From assembly GCF_009914755.1 (NCBI RefSeq), contig NC_060941.1: a DNA stretch of 64,000 bases; one strand, written 5' to 3'. Position 1 is the first letter of the stretch. The number at the start of each line of letters is the position of its first letter. A program made the translations under genes and the position numbers. This stretch comes from the human T2T-CHM13v2.0 reference genome, Homo sapiens. The notes under the pieces were generated by a model. It did not search any database. It was not told the origin of the DNA and saw nothing but the letters and a program-made list of their open reading frames with translations. Shown piece by piece: positions 51,050-64,000 of the stretch.

Positions 51050-53042
51050 GAGACCTTTATAATCCAGTTGGGCAAAATGGGCCAACACAGATGAAATGAC
51101 TATGGACGATGCGACTGACTGTAAGCACCAACCACATGGTTCCAAGGTTGTGCTGGAGTAGCCTGGAGGGCTGCATGGAGGAGGCACACATACCAGGTCC
51201 TTGGAGAGCTGAGCAGGTGGAGGAGTGGGGGCGTAGAGAGGAGAGGCATGCCAGACAGGGAAACAGAAGGCACCGGGAGGCAGGAGCAAGGGAAGAGTGT
51301 CCCCCCAAGCCCAGGTGGGTGAGCTGAAAGCTTTGGGGACTCCCCACCCTCCATGAGGGACATGGAACTAGCTTCAGGATTGACATCGTCGTAAGAGTTT
51401 ATCCTTTTCACCTCAACGCAGGACCCCACGGAGGAGCCCGCAGAGTCGCCACAGAATCCCCATACCCAAGAATTCTTGTCCCCGCCTTGGCGCAGTCCCC
51501 ACTGAGGGGGAAATAAGGGAAGCAGGAAGGTCAGCAGTCCCAGGAAGGCCAAGGAGACGGGATTTCTCAGAAGCCGCGACGCGCTCATCTGCCACCCACA
51601 CGAAGACAAAACACAATGGTTATGCTTCCTCCTCAACTTCCCACCCCGTCTGCAAAAGGGGAAGAAATGGACGCTCACCCACAGCCAGTCACAAGGACGG
51701 GGCCTGCGCTTGGGGCATCAGATGGTTCTCATGACACGATGGGGACCTTGGCTGTTACTCCTGATTTCACTCGCGGGGAGGGGACAGGGCTGGGTGTGTG
51801 CCCTTGGCTGGCCAGGACCCTCGAGGCCGTTATTTGTCTCTGGTGAAGTCCTGCGTATGGGCTCAGGGGCAGGAGGGTGGACTGAAAGGCAAGGTGACCC
51901 ACACTGAGCTTTGGCACGGCACAGCCATTCTGCCAAAGCGCTAGCACACCACTCAGGCACCCCCTCCTCCCCAGTCCTGCTGCAGGGACAAGGGCAGGCC
52001 CCGGCTCTCCATGTCACCACTCGAGTTCTCGGAGAGGACCCGTGAGTGACTTCAACCCTGGCTCCCAGGCCAGCTGCTTCTCAGGAAGACGGGCCTGGGC
52101 CGGTTCTCACTTGCCAGTGGGACTTCACATAGCCGTTTGTCAGCTCTGTCCCCCAGCGACCGGCCTTTCGAAATAAGGGAAAGAAATGTACCCACTTCCT
52201 CCACCTCCTGCCCCAGAAGGCCTGGCATGCTTGCTGCCATGCCACCCGAGTCACTCGTCACTGGAGCCCAGGGAGGAAGGCCTCATTCACCTGTTTTATA
52301 GATAAAGAGCCTGCGATGCAGCGTGGCCAGGAGTCCACCCCAGGAGGGCCAGTCGTGGCCAGCGGTGGGAGGGGCTCTGGGGAGTGGCCTCACCCTGTGG
52401 CCCCAGCGTAGCAAGACACAGTTCCCAAGCTCAGTTCCCAGTGTCAAGGAGATCCAGAATTTCAATGCAGTTGGCTTCATCTTTTTTCCTTCACCCCCTA
52501 CTTCGGCCCAGGCTCCCAGGCTTTTCCTGTAATCAGAGCCCACCAGGAAGCAGGAGGGCCCCAGAAGATGACCCCCACAAGCACCCCAGAGGCCAGGACG
52601 GAGGCTTCTGTGTGGAGGCTCGTCTGCCCCGTGTGTGCACATGGTTTTAGGTACACACACCCAGCCCTTTGCATATCAGGAAGTGTTCAGATGAAAGCAA
52701 ACAGGCTGGGGCAGAGCGGTGGGAATGGGGTCAGGAGTGGGAAAGCGAGCATGGAGGGAACGAATTTCTCCTCCTTCAAGCTGGCACCTTTGCGAGGCCA
52801 CCCCGAAGAGCAGAAGGTTTAGCTTCCTCCTAGCTGAGGGGTGGGGAGGGTGCAGGGGTTCCCAGCTCAGGGAGGAGAGGAGGAAGGGTGTGATTCTTTC
52901 ACTCTGAGGTTTTCTTCTGAGGCTGTGGCTGTGGAGGGTCCTACTCCTCTTCCTGAGCCCTCCTACCACAGACCTGGCCTCCCAGCGAGTTCTTCCTTTG
53001 CTCCCTCTGGTCTCTGCTCAAGAAAGAGCCAAGCAGGGGCCC

Positions 53043-53400
53043 AGGAGGAGAGAGCTGGGGGAAGGTGGGGAACCCGCCCCGGGAGGAGAGAGCTGGGGAA
53101 GGGGGGGAACCTGCCCCGGGAGGAGAGAGCTGGGGAAGGGGGGAACCTGCCCCGGGTGGAGAGAGCTGGGGGAAGTGGGGGAACCTGCCCCGGGAGGAGA
53201 GAGCTGGGGAAGGGGGGAAACCTGCCCCAGGAGAGAGCTGGGGAATGGGGGAACCTGCCCCAGGAGGAGACAGCTGGGGAAGGGGGGAAACCTGCCCCGG
53301 GAGAGAGCTGGGGAAGGGGGGAACCTGCCCGGGGAGGAGAGAGCCGGGGAAGGGGGGAACCTGCCCCGGGAGGAGACAGCTGGGGAAGGGGGGAACCTGC
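53043..53400. repeat. ~36-bp G-rich VNTR x~10
   Basis: GGAGGAGAGAGCTGGGGAAGGGGGGAACCTGCCCCG. Confidence 0.95.
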
Positions 53401-53692
53401 GCCAGGCATATCAGGAAGGGGGCCCCTGCCCCACAGATTCTGCCTTTGGGGCATGAGCTGTTAGAAAGGCAGAGCAGGGAGGGGCTCTTGGTCTTGGCCC
53501 AGAGGAAGAGGCTCGTGGGTGGCAGGTGGGATCTAAGGGCTCCGTGTCTGATGGGGACAGGCGCCACTCCCTCCTTCAGGGAACGGGTGTGTTGTGGCAG
53601 AAACCACGAAGCCCTAACCTGTCTCCTCTCCCAGCAATAGAGAAATTAACAGTGTCAACGAACACTCAGGCTGTGTTCTAAGAGCTTTATGT

Positions 53693-53994
53693 GCCGGACA
53701 CAGTGGCTCACATCTGTAATCCCAGCACTTTGGGAGGCCGAGGCGGGCGGATCACTTGAGGTCAGGAGTTCAAGACCAGCCTGGCCAACATGGTGAAATC
53801 TCATCTCTACTAAAAATACAAAAATTAGCTGGGCGTGGTGGTGGGTGCCTGTAATCTCAGCTACTTGGGAAGCTGACACAGGAGAATGGCTTGAACCCAG
53901 GAGGCGGAGGTTATAATGAGCCGAGATTGTGCCACTGCACTCCAGCCTGGGCAACAGAGCAAGACTCCGTCTCAAAAAAAAAAAAAAAAAAAAA
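53693..53994 (+). mobile_element. Alu
   Basis: Alu consensus. Confidence 0.95.
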
Positions 53995-54455
53995 GAACTC
54001 TGTGTATAAATTCCTTTAATCCTCACAACGACCCCATGAAAAGCATACTATTTGTATACCCAGTTTGCAGATGGAAAAACTGAGGCACGATAGCTCATTC
54101 ACCTGCTGAAAGCCTGGAGCCAGTACGGCCAGGCAGTCTAGATCCTCTGTCTGAACTCCTTTCAGATACACACCCTGTTAGTAATGACAACTATGTTCCT
54201 TTTTGGACAGCAATTCACGGTTTGGAAGACGTGTTTCACGAATGTCTGACGGGTTGTCTCTTTGCCTGTCCTCCTTTCTTCCACTAACAGTTGAGTGTCT
54301 TAAGTAACTCAACGCTGTATGAGGTCCCGAAAGCATCTCCCGATCTTCTCAACCCCATGGAAAGAGAGAGAAAGAATGGCATCCCTCTCATCTTCAGATC
54401 CAGAAATGGAGGCTCAAGGAATTTATGTAGGGCTTGCCCAAAGCCAGCAGTTTTC

Positions 54456-54761
54456 TTTTCTTTTTTTTTTTTTTTGTGATGGAGTCTCACTGTGTCGCCC
54501 AGGCTGGAGTGCAGTGGCGCAATCTCTGCTCACTGCAAGCTCCGCCTCCCAGGTTGACGCCATTCTCCTGCCTCAGCCTCCCGAGTGGCTGGGACTACAG
54601 GTGCTCGCCACCACGCCCGGCTAATTTTTTTTGTACTTTTTTAGTAGAGACGGGGTTTCACCGTGTTGGCCAAGGATGGTCTGGATCTCCTGACCTTGTG
54701 ATCCGCCCACCTCAGCCTCCCAAAGTGCTGGGATTACAGGCTTGAGACACGGCGCCCGGCC
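54456..54761 (-). mobile_element. AluY-like with 17-bp TSD caaagccagcagttttc
   Basis: gcaagctccgcctcc diagnostic sequence; perfect TSD. Confidence 0.92.
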
Positions 54762-55135
54762 AAAGCCAGCAGTTTTCAAACCCACAACAGGTGTAAGACA
54801 CCATGGGCCCGGCAATTACATATATATACAGGCACACAGACAGACAACAAACCGAAAGTTCCCTCACTTATCTTTCCCGTGTATGATGCATGCTGACATT
54901 TTTTCATTGGTTTAAAAATGCTGGTTCAACCCACTGTACTGGTTTCACAACCCACTGTACTGATTTCACAACCCAAAGCACTGATGGGCTGAGAGGCACA
55001 GTTTGAGAAACAGTGCAATACGCCTGCTCTTAATGGCAGGGCCAAGTCTTGCCCTAGCTCTGGCCCCAGACCAGGACCCTCAGCTACCTGCCACACTGCC
55101 CCTCACTTGGAAAACAGCTCCGTACACACAGATAA

Positions 55136-55760
<625 letters not shown>

Positions 55761-56160
55761 TGCACCTGCACATTTACACAGTCATTCCTGGGTAACATAA
55801 ATGTCAAGTCCCCTGGGACACTGACAGCATCTCAGGGTTGACGTGTGACAACACCTCACGTCATGGCAAGTACTTAAATGTGCATCTTAGAATTCTTGTT
55901 AAGAATGAGCTTCCACAGATCCACACTTCTGCGTCTCCCTTTTCTGACAATTACCTTATGTCTCAGGCTGCAAAATACCCAAAAGAAAGATTGACACGCC
56001 ACGATCACTCTGCATAACATCCAGACACATCTAAGGAGCACTTTCTTCCAAGGCAAAACCACCTCACATCTGTGTAGTACTTTTATCTTCCGAAAACATT
56101 TTCATATTCCCCTCCCAATCAGACTCTCACAACGATGCCTCCATCTGGGAGGGGAACTGA

Positions 56161-56643
<483 letters not shown>

Positions 56644-57021
56644 TTAACTGGATTGATTGGGAATGACTGCCCAGAGCACAGCGTGGAGAAGGCGCTCGGC
56701 CCCCGCCCAGGCAGGCAGAGCACCATGATGGGTTCACGATGCCCTATGCCAGGGTCGTGGGTGACAGGTGTGTTTGCCATCTCTAAGCCGGGTGTGCTTC
56801 TCCTGCCTTTTGAGAGCTGGAGCTGAGAGGCACAGGCCCTTTCTGGCAATGACCCGGGCTGCCCGATGCCCAGCCAGAAGCAGACCAGCTGCAGACTCTG
56901 TCCACAGGGAGGGACGGGTACGGTCCCCTTTCCTCTCCAACTCCAAAAGCAGCTTCAGAGCATGACATCACCCAACACGGGCGGGGGGACCGGAAGGCCC
57001 CAGAGCAGGGACTGTACTCAC

Positions 57022-57120
57022 CAGCAACAGGGCTTCCAGCTGGTTAATGTAGATCTCTTCGCTGGCCAAGAACCCCGAGAGAACCAGCTTCCTCATCTCC
57101 AGGCCTTTCCCTGCTTCCAC
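57022..57120 (-). CDS. ABR: ABR exon ~3 (99 nt, phase 0-0), [33 protein letters not shown], start of DH domain
   Basis: cag|GTGGAA acceptor and CTG|gtgagt donor; peptide is in ORF 56968..57168. Confidence 0.97.
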
Positions 57121-57212
57121 CTGCACAAACGCAAAGCACAGCCAACAGCTCATGAGCAAGGAGGCCAAAACCCTGCGTGGACGGTCTGCTTCCCTGCCCT
57201 TCCCCCCCGACC

Positions 57213-57705
<493 letters not shown>

Positions 57706-58097
57706 TAAAAGTCAGATATTATTATAAAAAATATACAAAACATGCAGAAATATAAAAGGAAAAGACAATCACCCATATTCCTCCTGTAACATCTCGTTTT
57801 GCTTCCCTCAATCTATTTTCCACCTGGGTTCTCGAACCGACTTTTCCTCCCTCTCTTCCTCTCCTCCTGCCTGTCCCACACACCAGAGCTGGATTCAACT
57901 CCTAAGAGTGCCACCTTGCCCGATGCTTGCCAAGGACCGAGTATGAATACCGCAAAACGCGAGTACTTGGGGATTCCACTGGGCTATGTGTCCATTTATT
58001 TATTCATTCAATAAATATTTACTGAGTGTCCACCAGGCCCTATAGATACCATGGGAAACAGACAGTGGCCCCTGTTCTCAAGTGGCTTAGACTCTAG

Positions 58098-58418
<321 letters not shown>

Positions 58419-58833
58419 GAAAGACATTTAAAAAACAAGTAAAGATTCGGCCCTAGACTGGGACATGGGGCCCACCATATCCTTTATGAGCCACCTGCAG
58501 TGGCCCGGATGCCCGTCCCTACCCTTCCAGTCTTTCCCACAGCCAGGACATCGCTCAGTCTCCCCCACACGCAGGAGAACCAGCCTCCTCATCTTCAAAG
58601 GTCTCTAGCTTTCGGTTCGTTCTTTACCTGCTGCCTAAAATGCCATCTTTCCCTGAGGCATCGTGGCCACAGAAGGGGAGTGAGAGGGCCGGGGAGACAG
58701 GGTAGTGGTGAGGGACTGCTTGGAAGATGCTACACTGGTAGGTTTGAAGACAGAGGATGGGGCCACGAGCTAAGGAATGCAGAGAGCCTTTGGAAGCTGG
58801 AAATGGCAATAAAATGAACTCACTCCCCTAGAG

Positions 58834-59032
58834 CAGGGGCTTCCGATCTTTTGGCTCCCCTGAGCCACACTGGAAGAAGACGACTGTCTTGGGCCACACA
58901 TAAAATACAATAACACTAACGACAGCAGATGAACTAAAAGAAAAATATATAATGTTTTAAGAGTTTACAAATTTGTGTCGGGCCACATTCAAAGCAGTCC
59001 TGGGCCGTATGGCCGCAGGCTGGAAAAGCTTG
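58834..59032 (+). mobile_element. MER30 (hAT/Charlie MITE), full length, with 8-bp TSD CCCTAGAG
   Basis: caggggc..tcttttggc..gggccacacataaaatac..aaagcttg; TSD at 58826-58833 and 59033-59040. Confidence 0.9.
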
Positions 59033-59069
59033 CCCTAGAGCTTCCAGAAGCAATGCAGCCCTGGAGATC

Positions 59070-59425
<356 letters not shown>

Positions 59426-61322
59426 TAAATTTGTGTGGTTTTAAGCCCTTAAGTTTGTGGCGATTTGTTTCAGCAGCATTAGAAAAGCAAGACAGACCCC
59501 ACGCTTCAGGCAAGGGCAATAGTTACTTATTGGCGGCTTCACAAATTCCAGGAACTGAGCTTAGCTATCTTTGTGGTTCAATTCACCGGAGTCTCAAAAC
59601 CTGGCAGGTGTTATCATCTTCCTGAGGCACCGAGAGTCGGGACTGCCAGAGGCCTGCACAGCCTCCAGCACACGTAGCCCCGGGGGACAAGATCAGAGCC
59701 TGGAACAGCCCCCAGCTCCAGCCCCTCCAGGTCAGACCCTCAGGGGTCTTCCTGCTGCTTCCCAGCCTTGACAAATGGGAACTCATCCCCTGTGCTGGGG
59801 GCTAGCACTCCCTCCTGTTCCCTGCCAACCAAGGTTTTGCCTGAGGGTTTAGCAAATGCCACACCGTGAGCTGTAACTGTAGAGCTGGTTGGACTAGGAT
59901 GGGGGGAAGAAAGGGATTTGCAGCCCCAGCCACAAACAAGCTTCATCCCCCCTGGCACGAGCATAGACCCTGGAAGCCCTGTAATCGCCCATTTCTGCAA
60001 GATCCTCCCCTCAAGACTTCCATTCATAGTCCACTCTTGAAAGGCTGGTTCTGATGGGAAGACAACTCAGGAAGACCCTCCCTCAAGAGGCAACAGTCAG
60101 CCCCAAGAGTCCTGCTCTGGGCCCCGTTCACGCTGCAGTTTTGGCTGAGATTGGAGCAAAGGCGTTGGAGAGCGTACGGATGGGAAATTAGCCTCGGTGC
60201 ACTTGGCTAACAGGAGACCCGTTGCTCAGTCACCACCAAAGGAAGGCCTGTTCCATCTCCCATCTTTTCCAGCTTTCCTCAGACTCCACAATTCCCAGTT
60301 TAGAGCCATGAGGAAATTCACATTGTTTCTTCAGTCTTTGCAGGGCGTCTCTTGTCTCATCAAAAACCAGGCTCACCACTCACTCACCCATTCCCACCGG
60401 GAGCCAGGCACTGGGAATACGAAGGTGAAGGAGAGGTGCCCACGTGCCTAGAATGCTCCGGAGCGAGTTCTCTAAAGAGTTCCAGGTCCCACAGCCTCTG
60501 CCACGCTGCCTACCTGTCTCCAGCACCGGGAAGCTGCCTGTCCTCACTTCCTCCCAGCCAGAACTTGTGAAATGCAGTCCTGGTGGGTTCGTTTATCCTC
60601 AGCATCCTGCACAATCTGCTAGGCTGACAGTGTGGCAGCTTGAAGCCGCCAAACCAAAGACGTCAGGTCACTCTGGTAGGAACAATGTCTAGAGATAAGG
60701 CGTGGCCAGCTCAGGCCTGGTCCTCCACAGAGTTGAGAGGCTAAATAAAGCCTCCAAACATCTGGTTCCAGGCCAAGCAAAGACACAATCTCTCCAGTAG
60801 CACTGGCCTCCAAGACAACAAGCAGGGCTGGCTCTCTGGCTGCGACTCAAGGCTATAGGGCATGCAGCGAGGGTCTGAGGCTTCACAGACGGTAGAAGTC
60901 AGTTCACGGGCCACAGCTGGCTGCCAGGAGTACCCAGCAGGATCTGCTCAGAGTAGATGCCACTGGGCCTGGGGGTGGGGGTGGCCGTGCCTGGGGCTTA
61001 TACCCACACCAAGCATCAACCTCAGGACAACTGGCCCATCTCAGTCTCAGGACAGCTGAGGCAGTGTAGAGGCATCGAGAGACCCTCTCCTCTCCCAGCG
61101 CTAGGCGCTGAGGAAGTCTCTTTCAGCTGCTTCCTTGGCAGAATTTAGAACAGAGAAGACGGGTCAACTGCTGGGGGACAAAGACCAAATTCCAGTGGCC
61201 CCTCTCTCCTGAAGGGTGGATCCCCGTATTCTGGGCTCCCTATTGCTGTCTGAGGTCTTAGGCAGGCACCATAGGGCACAGGCAATGTTTTGAAACTTTG
61301 GTTGTTCATATCCCACCCTTAA

Positions 61323-61687
<365 letters not shown>

Positions 61688-61976
61688 AAGAACTGACTTG
61701 TAAAAAGCAGTCTTACCCTACACGTATTTGAAATCGTAAGAAAAATGTACAGGTCATATTTTTTCTAATATATATTAAAATATATACTTAACCATTAAAA
61801 TGCAAAATATAGATCGAGGTGCCACCGATCATTTCTCAAATCACCACGTGGGGCCCGCACTTAGAAAAACATCCAAATGGGGGATACAGGCATGATGTGC
61901 AGGCACAAGAGACCTGGGCAGGTGAAACAGAAATAGAGATGTTTCAGATGATCCATTAAAAACTGGCACAGAATTG

Positions 61977-62267
61977 GGCTGGGCTCAGTGGCTCACTCCT
62001 GTAATCCCAGCACTTTGGGAGGCCAAGAGGGGCAGATTGCTTGAGCCCAGGAGTTACAGACTAGCATGGGCAACATGGTGAAACCCTGTCTCTACAAAAA
62101 TATAAAAATTAGCCCAACGTGGTGGCATGTGCCTGTAGTGAGGGGGAGGCTGAGGTGGGAGGACTGATTGAGTCTGGGAGGTGGAGGCCACAGAGAGCCA
62201 TGATTGTGCCATCGCACTCCAGCCTGGGTGACAGAGTGAGACTCTGTCTCAAAAGAAAAAAAAAAAT
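61977..62267 (+). mobile_element. Alu (AluJ-like)
   Basis: ttgagcccaggag; TSD-like tggcacagaat. Confidence 0.92.
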
Positions 62268-62797
62268 GGCACAGAATGATACCTAAAGGGTTAATCTGCA
62301 TTACAAAAGGGTTTTTATTCCTGACAAATAAGTTCCTTAAAATAGCACCTTCTACAACGCCCCCGTCACAACCCTACCTATCTTTAAATAGAATGGCATG
62401 AAACATTTTTGGCAAGTGTAAGCCATTTTACAAATGCAACATGACGCTGCTATCAGTATTTTATTTGCATTACCAGTTTTACAGATCAATAACTCTTCAA
62501 AGGTAAGTCTGGGCTGAGATATGCAGCAAACTCCAGCTATAGCTTTGGAGAAAACTGCAGCCAACTTTACCTCTGCCCCCCAGGAAGATGAAGCGTCTTG
62601 GAAATGACACTGGAAACAGGATTGATTTATGGGCCTGGCACTTGGGCACATGCTCACAACGCAACTGCTGCTTAAGGTAAGTACCCCTAAAGTAAAGTAA
62701 TAGCAAAGAGAATTGCCTTGGATTCCTACTAGCTGCCAGGGAAGGGTGTGCCAAGAACCTCTGCAGCCCAGGACAGGAGTGTATCATCCAGAAATGA

Positions 62798-63215
<418 letters not shown>

Positions 63216-64000
63216 ACCCTGCCTACTTCCGTACTCTATTCCTACTCCCTGTACCTGCCCCTTGCTCTGAACGCCTTGTGAGGGAAGATCACGCCTTGTT
63301 CCTCTTGTCATCTCTACAGTGCCAGGCAGGGTGCTCTGAAGAGCACCTAACCTGAGAGTGTTTGTTGAATGAATCCAGGAGCTTTCTTCCCACCGCTCTG
63401 TGGCCACCTGCTTGTCTTCTCCCTCTGAGGCCAATGCCGGTAGAGGAGGGAGGAATTCTAGAGGTGTTCAGGATGGAGCAGGGAGCCTGGAACTCCCCGG
63501 CATTCGAGAAAGGTCTCCTTCCCCCATGCTGGCAGCAAAGTAGAGGGGAAGACACCATCCCGGTGCTCACGGGGACCCAGGAGGAGCAGCGTTTTCAGGT
63601 GTGACACGTGCTCAGGCTCTCTTGGCATCCGTGGGCCACCGCCGTACACAGCAGGACACCTCTGAGATGGAGCGAGGCTGGGAACCTGGTGCACCCTTCG
63701 TGGGCCCCAGCGGGCCTCACACATTGTGCAGACTCTCACAGGCACCAGCCCCACACCAAGCACTGTGCAGTGTTCAGCAATGAATATGACATGGTCCTGG
63801 TCCTCCAGGAGAATGGGATATAATTGCGGAGGCAAATGTCTAGAGTTCTGAGCATCTGAGCAGAATGAAATACGGGCTTAGCTGAGGCATACGCCGGGGT
63901 CCAGCAGAAGGGGAGGTCCAGGAGGCAGCCTCTGAGTGGGCCCACATCTGTGCTGGGGGCTTCCCAGAGGAGGCCCATGAGGGCCACACACCTCCCATCC

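Overview
Human-type (primate) genomic DNA, very Alu-rich and minisatellite-rich, lying entirely inside the ABR gene (active BCR-related RhoGEF/RhoGAP; 17p13.3 by recall), which is transcribed on the minus strand. I read 14 consecutive coding exons (canonical exons ~3-16; numbering from memory) between 57120 and 8843. All have AG/GT boundaries and matching phases and join into a 1545-nt (515-codon) open frame covering the DH, PH and C2 domains; the 5' exons and the GAP exons lie outside the window. A CpG-rich internal promoter just downstream of exon 6 carries an alternative first coding exon (MEILLIIRFCCNCTY, strong Kozak, phase-matched to exon 7). It predicts a DH-truncated, possibly palmitoylated isoform. 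The introns hold about 50 Alus, old L1M/MLT1/MER fragments, at least 14 minisatellites and several two-copy duplications. Some repeats are notable: one multiplies the exon 9 splice donor, one arrays branch-point/acceptor-like and ETS motifs, and two appear to have arisen from L1 sequence. Nothing here is prokaryotic or CRISPR-like, and the long ORFs in the track are repeat artefacts. Repeat-family calls are by eye from remembered consensus, with approximate boundaries.
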